This document shows, piece by piece, positions 34,769-45,397 of a DNA stretch of 64,000 nt. Origin of the DNA: Escherichia phage Ecwhy_1; the sequence record MH791411.1. The stretch is one strand, 5' to 3'. Positions within the stretch are counted from its first letter, which is position 1. Each line of letters starts with the position of its first letter. The notes below the pieces were generated by a model. That model worked only from the letters and a program-made list of their open reading frames with translations, did not search any database and had not been told where the DNA came from. The translations under genes and the position numbers were made by a program.

Positions 34769-35249
34769 ATACTCCTAGGGATTGTAATTTGGCTTTACAG
34801 TTCGAATGTATTTTAAGAATACGAAGGTAGTTTAGCACATCTGATTCTTCAATGTCAAATGGTTTCGCTGCATAAACGTCCCATGCTCCCATTAATTCTG
34901 TACAGAACTTGATATCACCCGAACCCAGCAACTTGTCACGGAATTGTTTAAACTCGATTTCTTCATCGGATAATGAAAAACCCAAATCCATAAAGCACAT
35001 ACCACCAGCACTGAAGCATGACCCAGATGATGTACCAATTAAAATATCATCCATCCCATATAAGCCGTAAAAAATATTGGAGTACCAAGTACTAAGTTTA
35101 CTTCGGTGATGATATTTAAGAACATTCTTCTTGATATTTACATCTAATGAATTAGCTGTTGATATCACTTTTTTGGTTAAAATAATAGTTTTGTTCAAAT
35201 TACTCAACCATACTTTAGTATCAGTTGGGCTAAGAGCAGTGTATTTCAT
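34722..35249 (-). CDS. hypothetical protein
   Basis: Track ORF, 175 aa. Confidence 0.5.
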   Translation of the reverse strand: MKYTALSPTDTKVWLSNLNKTIILTKKVISTANSLDVNIKKNVLKYHHRSKLSTWYSNIFYGLYGMDDILIGTSSGSCFSAGGMCFMDLGFSLSDEEIEFKQFRDKLLGSGDIKFCTELMGAWDVYAAKPFDIEESDVLNYLRILKIHSNCKAKLQSLGVYDETLDVVEDSRSRG

Positions 35250-35250
35250 G

Positions 35251-35775
35251 TTAATCCTCTAAATTCCATTCATCAACCATAGTTGAGCATAATTCCATGT
35301 GTCGGAAATATTTCTCATTAAGTGAATATGGACTCTTATAAAATTGTCGTACATCAGTGAATATATCATAGTTTCTATATATAAATGACATATTTTTATT
35401 CATGAATTCTATAATCTTCCATAACTTTTCTGTATCGTTTTGTATAGTTTCTGCACTCAATCCCGTCAATTTCATTAGACGCTTGATTTTGAAGCCTGAC
35501 TCTATTGACGTATTATTATGCTTAGTTAAGTAACTATAGCCGATAGAACTCTGTATTAGTTCGATACTATCAGTACTAGTTATTGTTCCTAGAAATGATT
35601 TTAAATTTCTATTCAACCAATACCATTTTTTGTTCTTGTTATAGCAAGAATACCACTTTTTAACTATAGCTATTGCCTCTGAATTTAAACTTTCGGCAAA
35701 TTCATCAATTAAAAACATGTGATTGAAAAATAAATCACTTTGATCTTCAGATAATTTATATTGCTGCATATCCAC
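35251..35775 (-). CDS. hypothetical protein
   Basis: Track ORF, 174 aa. Confidence 0.5.
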   Translation of the reverse strand: MDMQQYKLSEDQSDLFFNHMFLIDEFAESLNSEAIAIVKKWYSCYNKNKKWYWLNRNLKSFLGTITSTDSIELIQSSIGYSYLTKHNNTSIESGFKIKRLMKLTGLSAETIQNDTEKLWKIIEFMNKNMSFIYRNYDIFTDVRQFYKSPYSLNEKYFRHMELCSTMVDEWNLED

Positions 35776-35888
35776 CTACCCTATTAACAATTACACCTTG
35801 GGTATTTACCTCGTATGGATCAATTTTTGATCAATAATTTTTGATATGCAGCAAATAAAATGGGAATCATGAAAGATTCCCTAAGTAA

Positions 35889-36389
35889 TTATTTCTGGAA
35901 TGGAGTGTACTGGTACTGCTCACAATCAGATACAGTTAGTACACCTTCATCATAACCGTACTGGAGAATAAGATCAAATGCTTTATCAACCATAGCTACA
36001 ACGTCTTTGTAACGAACGATGGTATGTGCCTGTTTCTCAACTGCTTTCATAATACCCATCAACATCCAGCGACCTTCATCAGTGTGAAGTTTAGCAAAAC
36101 GAGGACGTTTAGTTGCTGCCATAATGTCAGTCCATTCTGCTTTAAACACTGATGGACGTTTAGGAATATCATACAGAGTTGTTGGGAATGTTACGTTGTT
36201 TTTCTTCATAGCTTCAGCTTGTGCAGCACGATAACCTTGACGGAATAGTGGGTGCTGTGATTTTAGCTGTTCATTGTTAAAAACTACTTTGTTTTTAAAC
36301 GCGGCAGAACCTTCTTTGTATTGTGCATTAGACATATTATTCTTTCCCCTCGTCAGTACTGATGAATTTTTTATCTGAGAATGTGCCAT
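35889..36389 (-). CDS. hypothetical protein
   Basis: Track ORF, 166 aa; start may be internal ATG (MSNAQYKEG) near 36335. Confidence 0.5.
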   Translation of the reverse strand: MAHSQIKNSSVLTRGKNNMSNAQYKEGSAAFKNKVVFNNEQLKSQHPLFRQGYRAAQAEAMKKNNVTFPTTLYDIPKRPSVFKAEWTDIMAATKRPRFAKLHTDEGRWMLMGIMKAVEKQAHTIVRYKDVVAMVDKAFDLILQYGYDEGVLTVSDCEQYQYTPFQK

Positions 36390-36666
36390 GTTCTTGACGC
36401 ATAGCTTCTGCGTGTTGAACTGCGTTAATTGGATTAATGTTCTTTTTAATAAGAACTTCTTGCATTAGTTCGAGAACAATAGAAAAACCATTGAGTACTC
36501 GTTCTGCCTCGTCAACACCTTTCAATTCAATAGCCACTGCACTAATCTGATCTAATGCGGTATTAATAAACTCTGAATCATCTAACACATCATTGACTTC
36601 AGTATTATTACGTACAAGAACTTTCATATAATCTCCAGAAATAAGATGCCCCAAATGAGGCATCAA
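36337..36666 (-). CDS. hypothetical protein
   Basis: Track ORF, 109 aa. Confidence 0.45.
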   Translation of the reverse strand: MMPHLGHLISGDYMKVLVRNNTEVNDVLDDSEFINTALDQISAVAIELKGVDEAERVLNGFSIVLELMQEVLIKKNINPINAVQHAEAMRQEHGTFSDKKFISTDEGKE

Positions 36667-36678
36667 ATGAAATTCAAA

Positions 36679-37374
36679 TTAGACCCACTCTTCCACGCCA
36701 CCGCGACGTTTGACGAGATACTTACCTTCTTCGTTGCGTGGACCAAGGATGATACCATCAATGAAACCATGTTCACCGTATTCGAGTGCTTCTTCAGCGT
36801 TCAACCACAGGTCACGATCCGCATCTTTCAGTAGTTGTTCGTGTGATACACCAACTGCTTCAGCAATTTCTTTAGTCAGTAGTGTGTTCAATGCATCAGA
36901 GTGTTTCAAGGAAATCTTCTGATCAGTAATCAGACCCTGAGTACCGGAACTTACTTGGTGACACATGAAGTAAGAACGCTTCCCGCCTAGACGGAAACCT
37001 TTAGTACCAACTACTGATTGTGTATAGCAACCCATTGATGCTGCATAACCCATTACTACTGTACGGATAGGAGATACACAAGACTTAGCAATGTCAGCGA
37101 TACCTAAACCTGCGTGTACTGAACCACCAGGAGAACTAATGTAGAAGGTAATTGGTTCAGAACCCTGAGAATCCAACCACACCAATTGTTGCTTGATGAT
37201 ATGTGCCATTTGGTCATTGAAGTCAGTATCAAGGAAAATGATACGGTCTTGCATCATACGAGATGCTAGATCATAAGTACGTTCTGCACCATTAACTTTT
37301 TCAACTACATAAGGAATAGAAATGTCGCGAACTTCACCACCAGCATAACCACCAAAATTGAATTGTTCAACCAT
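36679..37374 (-). CDS. clpP: ATP-dependent Clp protease proteolytic subunit
   Basis: YISSPGGSVHAGLGI, catalytic-Ser context GYAASMG, His in MCHQVS, Asp in DADRDLWLNAEEALEYG; 231 aa. Confidence 0.85.
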   Translation of the reverse strand: MVEQFNFGGYAGGEVRDISIPYVVEKVNGAERTYDLASRMMQDRIIFLDTDFNDQMAHIIKQQLVWLDSQGSEPITFYISSPGGSVHAGLGIADIAKSCVSPIRTVVMGYAASMGCYTQSVVGTKGFRLGGKRSYFMCHQVSSGTQGLITDQKISLKHSDALNTLLTKEIAEAVGVSHEQLLKDADRDLWLNAEEALEYGEHGFIDGIILGPRNEEGKYLVKRRGGVEEWV

Positions 37375-37433
37375 TGTTATTTTCCTCTATTGTTTCATTG
37401 ATGTGAGTATTATATCACAGTGTTCGTATTTGT

Positions 37434-37817
37434 CTACAAGTTTCTTAAAAAATCGAGTAAACCGCAAATTGTATGTTTATTAAACATATCGTGGTCAATC
37501 TTTAACAACTTAACCATAGCATTATCATACACCGTAGAGTCGGTAATGTCAAACAAAGAATTTGTGTAATAACGTTCATTTTCTACATAAATGTATAATT
37601 CATTTGATTTGTCAAGATCTTCATAGAAGTTAGCATCAAAGTACTCTGCATTTCCATCAATCCAAACCTCAACTGAATCATCATCTAAGCAGTAGTTTCT
37701 TGCTTCTTTTGAATATATTTCCAGCTTTCTGGCTGCACTGGAGTAATGTTTATAACCATTAATTACGTACTTTATTTCATCATTGTACTCAATTACATAC
37801 ACAACGATATTTTCCAT
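37434..37817 (-). CDS. hypothetical acidic protein
   Basis: Track ORF, 127 aa. Confidence 0.5.
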   Translation of the reverse strand: MENIVVYVIEYNDEIKYVINGYKHYSSAARKLEIYSKEARNYCLDDDSVEVWIDGNAEYFDANFYEDLDKSNELYIYVENERYYTNSLFDITDSTVYDNAMVKLLKIDHDMFNKHTICGLLDFLRNL

Positions 37818-38212
37818 CAGTACACCCCTATTGACGCAAGAGCATGAAGAAATTCATATCGTATACCAACTGGGATGTCATCAAAATCAATCTCAATCAT
37901 TCTTAGTGAATTTGAAAATTGTTCGTATTTAAAGAACGTATTAATTGATAAAGTACTGAATGGTAACACATCACCACGACTATCATCATGTACAAGAACA
38001 TACACCTTTCCCACAAATGAATCCAAATCGTCTGCTTGTCTTACATCACTGGTGAAGTTATACCTATCTTTCATCACAGTGCCAGTACCATCAGGATTGT
38101 AGTATTGGGTTTTATCACAAGAGTATAGTATACGCATACCCCATCGTCGATACAAATGACAGCTACCCAATATAACAAGCATTTTGTCTTTTATATGCAA
38201 TGTATATATCAT
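37817..38212 (-). CDS. hypothetical protein
   Basis: Track ORF, 131 aa. Confidence 0.5.
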   Translation of the reverse strand: MIYTLHIKDKMLVILGSCHLYRRWGMRILYSCDKTQYYNPDGTGTVMKDRYNFTSDVRQADDLDSFVGKVYVLVHDDSRGDVLPFSTLSINTFFKYEQFSNSLRMIEIDFDDIPVGIRYEFLHALASIGVY

Positions 38213-38221
38213 AGTAATTCC

Positions 38222-39013
38222 TTAGATTTCAAATACAAATTTAGGATCGTAATCGAAGTTCTCACATGCACCACTGTAAGATTCATAACCTCTTGGATTA
38301 CAAATGATACGAGTTTTCCCAATGTTGTAGTCAAAGCTACTATGAACGTGACCATGAATCCAAACATCAGCACCCAAATCTTCGATGTACTGGTCCATAT
38401 CAGAACAATAACATCCATTCAGTGAGTCATTCTTGTATCTCGGAGATACACTCTGATAACTTGGTGCATGATGTGTTACCACCACAACCTTGAAATCATT
38501 ATCATTCATTAGACGAACTGTGTTAACTGAATTTTTGATAAATTGTTTATCCTGATGATGCATGAACTCAACATCATCAGGTTTGAGCTTACGTTTCCAC
38601 GGTTCTGATGTTGTTCCATGACGAATGTGTTTATAATCATTCATCTTTTGTTGAGCATCAAACTTAACCAGTGCGTTGCCTTTATCAAAGTCAGTCCACA
38701 GTGTACTACCAACCAGCAGTACACCATCCAGCCATACAAATTTGTTTTGCAAAAAGATGAAATTTGGAATCTCATCTTGCATATCGGACAGTACTTTATT
38801 AGTCTTGTGAATGTTTGAACCGTAGTACTCATGATTACCAGGAACCAGTACTACATTCTTGAACTGCTTGCACAGGGATTCGATGCCAGTACGATAACGA
38901 CTACGTTTAACTTCATCAAAATCCCCAGCAATAATCAGTACTGTATCACTGTAATCACCACTATGGAGGTAATCAGTGCCACCGTGTACGTCTGACGTTA
39001 CAACAAATTTCAT
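38222..39013 (-). CDS. calcineurin-like metallophosphoesterase
   Basis: Motifs SDVHGG, IAGDFDE, VPGNHEYY, VTHHAP. Confidence 0.7.
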   Translation of the reverse strand: MKFVVTSDVHGGTDYLHSGDYSDTVLIIAGDFDEVKRSRYRTGIESLCKQFKNVVLVPGNHEYYGSNIHKTNKVLSDMQDEIPNFIFLQNKFVWLDGVLLVGSTLWTDFDKGNALVKFDAQQKMNDYKHIRHGTTSEPWKRKLKPDDVEFMHHQDKQFIKNSVNTVRLMNDNDFKVVVVTHHAPSYQSVSPRYKNDSLNGCYCSDMDQYIEDLGADVWIHGHVHSSFDYNIGKTRIICNPRGYESYSGACENFDYDPKFVFEI

Positions 39014-39032
39014 AATTACCTCCTATAAATGA

Positions 39033-40451
39033 TTAACCGAGTGATTCAAGAATACTATTAGAGAACACCTCAACAGCACTATCACGAATTTCTAAGATAC
39101 GAGTATAGTCGTCACAGGTGTTTTTGTCAAATCTAAATTCAATAAACACTGGTAAAAATAGTGATGGCTCGCCAGTTCGCTTATCGAACACAATATCATT
39201 GCACTCTACTGTCACTACTTGACCAATGAGTTCTTGCATTCTTTCCCAAATGGTTTTAAACGTCCATTCTGCGTCTTTCTCTTTAATTCCAGTGCCTACA
39301 TTAACTTTCAATGTACCACAAGCACTTTCCAGTTGTAAAGAACCAAGGCTACCTTTACGCTTACCTTCACCTTCATTGAAACCAACAATACGCAAGTCCA
39401 ATTGCATTTTAAGTTTCATTTTCAACTGCTTAGGAGAAGTGTGAGATTTCCAGATACCATCTTCACATTTCAGTACTGAACCCTCTTCACCTTCGTTCAT
39501 TAGTTCACTATTGTACTCAAATGCTTCTTTGATGTTTAGAACTTTACGGAATCCAACCATACGAACAAAATCACTACCGAGTTCGTTAATTGCATCTACT
39601 AAGATCTCGCGGCGTTCTTTGCGTTTTACATTCCATACACCTTCACAAAATGCATCATATGGAACAACATCCCAGAGAACGAATACAGTACGCATTGCTT
39701 CATTCTGACTGATGCTATCTTTACCAGCTTTCTGAATGATACCGTTACCAGTAGTGCGTGGGAGAATGGTTTCTCCATCATTGTCCAGTACTACACCTTC
39801 ACCCATAAAGACTACACCACTACTAAAACGTTCATCTTTACTTTGGATAATGTGAGCAAGACCTGCCATCTCACCATCACGACAACCTAGGAAGTCGTAT
39901 AGTTTACCATTACGGGATGTAGAAGTTAATGAACCATTAATGACAACGTGGTTCAAGTACTGACCATCCATTTTAACTTCTGATATAGCATAACCATAAT
40001 CTTTGAAGTTAATGTTCTTTGCAGTCTTTTTGTCAATCAAAGAACAACGCATGTATGGTTCGTCTTTGATGAAACCTTTCCCGAACACATCATTACAGTT
40101 CTTTTCTTGGATACCACAATCAAGGTTCTTCGTGAGCATTTTACGAAGAACTTCTTGGTCATCTTCTGATACAGAACCCAGTACTGAAGCAATGAAGTCA
40201 CGTCCAGCATTTCCGGTCACACCACGTTTGTAAATGCATTCTAGCTTATCAATTGCTTCGTCTAATGTCATATGTTGGTATAGATCATCAGCTTGTGGTA
40301 GCTTTTTATATCCACTTACAATTGAAGGGTCTAGTGTATATTTCAGTACTTTTTGTAATGTTTGATTATCTTTGTTTTGTTCAAGGATAGCTTTTTTACC
40401 CAGAGTACTGCTAGTATTTTTAATGCTTTCAAGAATTGCTAAAATGCTCAT
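39033..40451 (-). CDS. ATP-dependent DNA ligase (T4 gp30-like)
   Basis: N-terminus MSILAILESIKNTSSTLGKKAILEQNKDNQTLQKV parallels T4 ligase MILKILNEIASIGSTKQKQAILEKNKDNELLKRV; adenylation motif EVKMDGQ; 472 aa. Confidence 0.85.
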   Translation of the reverse strand: MSILAILESIKNTSSTLGKKAILEQNKDNQTLQKVLKYTLDPSIVSGYKKLPQADDLYQHMTLDEAIDKLECIYKRGVTGNAGRDFIASVLGSVSEDDQEVLRKMLTKNLDCGIQEKNCNDVFGKGFIKDEPYMRCSLIDKKTAKNINFKDYGYAISEVKMDGQYLNHVVINGSLTSTSRNGKLYDFLGCRDGEMAGLAHIIQSKDERFSSGVVFMGEGVVLDNDGETILPRTTGNGIIQKAGKDSISQNEAMRTVFVLWDVVPYDAFCEGVWNVKRKERREILVDAINELGSDFVRMVGFRKVLNIKEAFEYNSELMNEGEEGSVLKCEDGIWKSHTSPKQLKMKLKMQLDLRIVGFNEGEGKRKGSLGSLQLESACGTLKVNVGTGIKEKDAEWTFKTIWERMQELIGQVVTVECNDIVFDKRTGEPSLFLPVFIEFRFDKNTCDDYTRILEIRDSAVEVFSNSILESLG

Positions 40452-40462
40452 TGTATATTCCC

Positions 40463-41665
40463 TTATAGATAATACTTTCCAATGTAAAGTTTATTACTTA
40501 GTGATAGCTGGACGTGACAAGGTTTTTCTTGGTAGTAACGAGTTGATGCTGTTTTATTTTCAGTTGGTGGGAAGAAAGGAGAACGGTATCCATTCCATGT
40601 ACCAAATGATACATGTTCGTTTAAATCCACATCCATTGTCATAATACCATTAGCATCAATTTCAACTGGATACGCACTGTATCGTTCAAATACATCAGTG
40701 TATTGAAGAATATAATCACCATTGCGACCATAATAACTTCTGGTTGTATTGTTCTTTACACCAAAGAAAACACGATATGCCTGTTCATCAACTTTACACA
40801 TGAACGGTACGTTCTCATTGAATCGTCCATTACTCATTATATCATCAGGATTGATTTCTTCGTACTTTACTTTCAAATCTTGTGCTTTAAACGACTTATC
40901 ACTTATCAGTACTGGAATATTGCTTTCACATAATGGGTTACTGCGATTTCGTTGGATATTTTGCCAAAATGCATTAGCTTTAACAATTTCATCTTGAACT
41001 GTAGTTTTTACATTCAGTGCAGCACTTGGTTCTAACGCATAAGTTTCAAGACGAGCATTAAGAGCATATGTCCCACGAGTAGTATTATATACTAAGTGAT
41101 ACTTGGAACTCTTATCAGAAAATGAAAACTCTTTAGTTTTCTTGATACAAATAGCATTTACTTTACCACAATAATAGTAATCTTCCTTATTGTGTCTAAA
41201 ACCATCACCCACTTTCAATTTAGAAACAACTTCTTTTTGATGTTCTTTCTTATTCTCCTTCTCAACCAATTTAGCAAAGGTTTTAGTTTTACCGTTAATT
41301 AGTTCTAAACTATTATTAAAGAACATAGGTTCAACAAATACACCCTTAACAATATCATTGTTGATGATAAGGTCGTTCATGTTTTTAGCACTCACCAAGA
41401 ACTCGAAACCTTCAGGGTGACGTATGGTGAAGTATGTTTCGCGAGCATGAACAGTGAGCTTATGTACCACAGAAAACCCAATTGTAGGCACATTATCAAT
41501 CCATAGTGAAGGTAGATTGTTTTTCTTAGCCCAGTACTCGGCCTTTTCTTTTTTAGTCTCAAACGCTTTTGTGTGTGATTTTGTGGCATCTATAATGTAA
41601 CCAGTAACTTGGTTATGATTTACATATGAACGAGCCACAAATAACTTCTCTGGAAAATCCATCAA
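40463..41665 (-). CDS. hypothetical protein
   Basis: Track ORF, 400 aa; no motif recognised. Confidence 0.55.
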   Translation of the reverse strand: MMDFPEKLFVARSYVNHNQVTGYIIDATKSHTKAFETKKEKAEYWAKKNNLPSLWIDNVPTIGFSVVHKLTVHARETYFTIRHPEGFEFLVSAKNMNDLIINNDIVKGVFVEPMFFNNSLELINGKTKTFAKLVEKENKKEHQKEVVSKLKVGDGFRHNKEDYYYCGKVNAICIKKTKEFSFSDKSSKYHLVYNTTRGTYALNARLETYALEPSAALNVKTTVQDEIVKANAFWQNIQRNRSNPLCESNIPVLISDKSFKAQDLKVKYEEINPDDIMSNGRFNENVPFMCKVDEQAYRVFFGVKNNTTRSYYGRNGDYILQYTDVFERYSAYPVEIDANGIMTMDVDLNEHVSFGTWNGYRSPFFPPTENKTASTRYYQEKPCHVQLSLSNKLYIGKYYL

Positions 41666-42081
41666 ACAGTCCTCATTGTGCTAATTGCTTTTAATGTGTT
41701 AAACAATGCACCATATTTTACTTGCATTAGTTGATCCCCAGCAGGAAGATTCATACGCATAACAGACATGTCTTCAACCATTTCAGATGTACATAGTACT
41801 GCTACACATGTAGTTGCATCATTTAATCCGGCTTCATTGAATTTAGCGAATGGCACTTTTCCCTGCTTACAAAGGTCATCATAATAAGAATTTAACTTAT
41901 CATGACCACCAGCATTTAGTACTACAATAGTTTCGTGGTCATAATACCATTCATCAATAATAGTACTGAAAGCAGTACCTTCATATTCTTTAATTAGTTT
42001 TATGCCAGCATGAAATGCTTGAATGCCAGCTTGGACACCTTGACAGTACATGTTTGTTAAGCAATATAATTTCATTTCCAT
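41662..42081 (-). CDS. hypothetical protein, weak PTH2-like resemblance
   Basis: QGVQAGIQAFHAG loosely resembles the GK.AAQ..HA motif of peptidyl-tRNA hydrolase 2; weak. Confidence 0.4.
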   Translation of the reverse strand: MEMKLYCLTNMYCQGVQAGIQAFHAGIKLIKEYEGTAFSTIIDEWYYDHETIVVLNAGGHDKLNSYYDDLCKQGKVPFAKFNEAGLNDATTCVAVLCTSEMVEDMSVMRMNLPAGDQLMQVKYGALFNTLKAISTMRTV

Positions 42082-42299
42082 ACCTCTTGTTTTTCTACAA
42101 ACCCTTTACCATCACAATGTGGACAAGCATAATAACTGCGATAGTCTTCAGATGGAACTTGTTGTGTACCATTACATGTAGGGCACACTTTACGTGCTCC
42201 AGAAATAATACGTTCATGGTGTTCAGCTTGTTTTGCTGAATCAAAAATACGACCATCTTCAGTTTGGTATTTTTCTACCATAACTTGAATTACTTTCAT
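42072..42299 (-). CDS. small zinc-finger protein
   Basis: CPTCNGTQ and CPHCDGKG, DnaJ-type CxxCxGxG repeats; 75 aa. Confidence 0.5.
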   Translation of the reverse strand: MKVIQVMVEKYQTEDGRIFDSAKQAEHHERIISGARKVCPTCNGTQQVPSEDYRSYYACPHCDGKGFVEKQEVWK

Positions 42300-42309
42300 T
42301 TCTATTTCC

Positions 42310-42615
42310 TTATAAAAATGTTAAATCTTCAGTACTTAATTGTAATAATTTACCATCATATTCAATTTCAACATATACATTTTGGTCATAAACAGCAACT
42401 ACACGACTAATAACTCCACTCTTCACCACATTCTTTTTGTAGTTGAATTCAACTGAGCAACCAATAAGTTTCTTTGATAGAATCTCACGTATTTGATTAG
42501 CATGGTCTTTTAGGATAGAATTAATAGATTTTTTCACAACATATCTATCATTTAAGTATTTTTTAACTACATCATGCATATTATTACCTTTTGAAGCGGT
42601 TAAATGAGTACTCAT
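42310..42615 (-). CDS. hypothetical protein
   Basis: Track ORF; probable start at internal ATG (MHDVVKKY) near 42579. Confidence 0.45.
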   Translation of the reverse strand: MSTHLTASKGNNMHDVVKKYLNDRYVVKKSINSILKDHANQIREILSKKLIGCSVEFNYKKNVVKSGVISRVVAVYDQNVYVEIEYDGKLLQLSTEDLTFL

Positions 42616-43342
42616 CTTTTTCTTTACGTAAGTATCTCATCCCACCACTTTGGGGAGTTGCAAGAGTCAAATCACCAGTTAAGAACTGACTATCAATCCA
42701 GATACGATTACCATAAATGAGTGGGTCGGATACTGCGGTATGACCACTAAAGACGCAATGGATACCATCAAGTCTAGGGACGTAATATGTGTTATTTTTC
42801 TTGCAGTAGTCGAATGTATCACGGTCCCACAAGCACTTCTCAATTATATCAGCACTAAGTGATTTTGTCCCACTAACGAAACGTTCCCATGTGGTATATT
42901 CCAAAGGAACACCAGCATGAACCAGTCCAATCTTCAATCCTCGGTGATTGATTTGGATAATCATAGGGAGATCCTTTAAGTACTGACGGAAGAACTGTAT
43001 ACCTGTCTCACCAACTTCATCAATGAACTTATCTCCACCATTTTGTACCCAACAGTGATGCCAGTCACGGTGAGTTTCAGAATCAACGCACATGATCTCG
43101 TGGTTACCAGCAATCATAAAACGGTTTTCACCGAAAAGGAATTCAAACAGTAGTTTGGAATTCTGGTCACCACGGTCAATAACATCACCTACACAAAAAA
43201 CATAGTCATTATTGGTGATACCAAATTCTTTCTTGGTAGCATCCCACAGTTTTCCATTGCCGTGTAAATCACCAACGATATATAAATCTTTATCATCCGG
43301 TACTGTAACTTCCAAAAAATGTTTCATTATTGTTCCAACCAT
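42584..43342 (-). CDS. Ser/Thr protein phosphatase (lambda-PPase-like metallophosphatase)
   Basis: GDLHGN, GDVIDRGDQN, AGNHE motifs; 252 aa. Confidence 0.8.
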   Translation of the reverse strand: MVGTIMKHFLEVTVPDDKDLYIVGDLHGNGKLWDATKKEFGITNNDYVFCVGDVIDRGDQNSKLLFEFLFGENRFMIAGNHEIMCVDSETHRDWHHCWVQNGGDKFIDEVGETGIQFFRQYLKDLPMIIQINHRGLKIGLVHAGVPLEYTTWERFVSGTKSLSADIIEKCLWDRDTFDYCKKNNTYYVPRLDGIHCVFSGHTAVSDPLIYGNRIWIDSQFLTGDLTLATPQSGGMRYLRKEKDEYSFNRFKR

Positions 43343-43656
43343 ATAATGTTAGTGTGTTTTGTAACTTGTGTACCTGCAAAAGAACCATCTTTAAGATACG
43401 TATTAACTTTGAAACGCCATTCACCACCGCTAATATACATATCAGCGATAATGTACTTCCCATAACCCCTTGAGTTTATCAAACGTACTTCTTGTCCAAT
43501 ATACTTCGGCTTCAAATCATTAATAAAATCATCAGCCAAAGACATAAGATATCGCAAATGTGAATAGTCGGTGTTGAACATTATTTCTTTCTCTTGAAGT
43601 GGGATATGATATCTTTTGTTATTGAGATAAAAAGATACACCATAGTTACAGGCCAA
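43327..43656 (-). CDS. hypothetical protein
   Basis: Track ORF; start probably internal ATG (MFNTDYSH) near 43581. Confidence 0.45.
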   Translation of the reverse strand: MACNYGVSFYLNNKRYHIPLQEKEIMFNTDYSHLRYLMSLADDFINDLKPKYIGQEVRLINSRGYGKYIIADMYISGGEWRFKVNTYLKDGSFAGTQVTKHTNIIWLEQ

Positions 43657-43796
43657 ATTATAGCCATTAGTGCTGCTGATTGTAGACTCATTGCAGTTAT
43701 GATTTCATCTTTGAAACATTTCCAATTCAGTACTAGAAAGTTACATATAAATGAGCAAAACGCAACAAATCCATATATTGCAAAAAAGGTAGTCAT
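43581..43796 (-). CDS. small membrane protein
   Basis: 71 aa, two hydrophobic helices. Confidence 0.4.
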   Translation of the reverse strand: MTTFFAIYGFVAFCSFICNFLVLNWKCFKDEIITAMSLQSAALMAIIWPVTMVYLFISITKDIISHFKRKK

Positions 43797-43798
43797 TA

Positions 43799-44131
43799 TT
43801 ATTCCTCATCAACTTGAATAAGATATTCTAAACTTATTTCATCACCAAAGGCAGCGGCATCAATTGCATCGTGATTGATGTATTCTACTTGTGCAATTAA
43901 ACGTATACCGTATTTTAGAATTTCAATAATTCTCATTCTTGTATTGGAATTTATGTACTGGTAGTATGATTCATACTCTGGATCATCGTCCATTTCCGCA
44001 TATCGGTTGATGTACTCGTCAGTAAATTTTACTATCTTACCGACGAGTTCTGTTTCTGCACTTTTATAGAAATCATCTTTCATTTGATGCAACGCAATCA
44101 AGTACTGATTATATTGTGCAAGATGTTTCAT
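43799..44131 (-). CDS. hypothetical acidic protein
   Basis: Track ORF, 110 aa. Confidence 0.5.
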   Translation of the reverse strand: MKHLAQYNQYLIALHQMKDDFYKSAETELVGKIVKFTDEYINRYAEMDDDPEYESYYQYINSNTRMRIIEILKYGIRLIAQVEYINHDAIDAAAFGDEISLEYLIQVDEE

Positions 44132-44133
44132 TG

Positions 44134-44730
44134 TTAATCACAGCTACCGGAACTTGAACTAGAGCTTGAATCACAGCTAGAGCTATCATATGAACCAGTA
44201 TCAGCAGAAGAGATATATGGCGTTACGATTGCTGCGGTGGTGGCTGCTGTAATAATATGGGAAGTATGGTCGTGTGTACCTTGTTGTGGTTCATCTTGGA
44301 CTTTGTTTTTATTCTTCCCTTTAGTATAGCGAGCTTTCTTTGTAGTTTTGGTGTTCTTTGGTGCTTTAGTACTTTTCGGTGCTGCTTTAGGCTTTACTTC
44401 ATTAACTACAGGAACAACAGTAACATTAACTTTAGGGTCAGATTCATCAAGTGCATTGTGAACATTCACTTGCATTTGAACTTCAACTTTAAGTTCTTCT
44501 TGTTCTTCAGGAATAACTTTTTCAGGTTCTGGTGTAACCTGATCACGTTTATCATTAATCATGAAGTTGATATTACGTTCACCTAGCACTAATAAAGTAA
44601 CGATGGTGAGTACTGGGGTTAGTACTAGACTAAGTAGTACATAGCCGATAACACTACGATTGTAATTGTATGCAAGCATACCTGCAATAACTACACCAAG
44701 TACACTAATAACTGCTGCGATTGTTAACAT
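44134..44730 (-). CDS. membrane-anchored protein with Lys/Pro-rich linker and Ser/Cys-rich tail
   Basis: N-terminal TM helix, KAAPKSTKAPKNTKTTKK region, C-terminal SSSCDSSSSSSSGSCD. Confidence 0.5.
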   Translation of the reverse strand: MLTIAAVISVLGVVIAGMLAYNYNRSVIGYVLLSLVLTPVLTIVTLLVLGERNINFMINDKRDQVTPEPEKVIPEEQEELKVEVQMQVNVHNALDESDPKVNVTVVPVVNEVKPKAAPKSTKAPKNTKTTKKARYTKGKNKNKVQDEPQQGTHDHTSHIITAATTAAIVTPYISSADTGSYDSSSCDSSSSSSSGSCD

Positions 44731-45034
44731 ATTCTACTCCTTTGTATATAAATTTACCAATATCTTCGATGTATAAACAGATTCCACCTCGATCATTTAA
44801 CACAAGCCAATCACCAAAACCACAACTGATGTTGCATATATTAAATTCTTCAATACCATCCGGTGAATACGCAATGAATGGACATATTTCATCTGATATA
44901 CCATTTACATAGTTATTACATATTAAATCAAATATATGTGAACTATAAGAATTATCAGTACTGAAAATGTGCATTAATGAACTAGATAGAATTACTATTG
45001 TTTTTTCCCACATTTTTAAAAAATCGTTATTCAC
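44705..45034 (-). CDS. hypothetical protein
   Basis: Track ORF, 109 aa. Confidence 0.45.
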   Translation of the reverse strand: MNNDFLKMWEKTIVILSSSLMHIFSTDNSYSSHIFDLICNNYVNGISDEICPFIAYSPDGIEEFNICNISCGFGDWLVLNDRGGICLYIEDIGKFIYKGVEYVNNRSSY

Positions 45035-45091
45035 AACAACTACTCCATGTCAGTGTTGTAATGAAATTATATCACCGAATCAAGATATGTC

Positions 45092-45397
45092 TCATGAGAT
45101 TCGCATTTCATCCAGATATAAACTACATGCTTCGAAATTGTTGTCAGCACTTAAACCTAAATCAACCATCAGACCACAATGCGTTCCACAGAATTTCTTT
45201 ATGTATAGTTTCTTATTGTTTGTACCTAAGTCGTATACATATTCATTTTCGAAAATAGTTTTTAAATCATTACAAATACTTTTTACTATCTTCATTACAT
45301 CATTATGATACTCATATGGTATTCCATCTAGTTCATCAATGATAATAGCAAAACCATTGTCATAGTACTTTAGTTTATTGAATGTTTGTATATCCAT
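45092..45397 (-). CDS. hypothetical protein
   Basis: Track ORF, 101 aa. Confidence 0.45.
   Translation of the reverse strand: MDIQTFNKLKYYDNGFAIIIDELDGIPYEYHNDVMKIVKSICNDLKTIFENEYVYDLGTNNKKLYIKKFCGTHCGLMVDLGLSADNNFEACSLYLDEMRIS

Noticed and set aside
40463-41665. Nicotinamide phosphoribosyltransferase (Nampt) to complete an NAD+ salvage pair with the NMNAT-like gene
   Set aside because: None of the 400-480-aa ORFs in the window resembles Nampt by eye; 40463..41665 has no recognisable phosphoribosyltransferase motifs.
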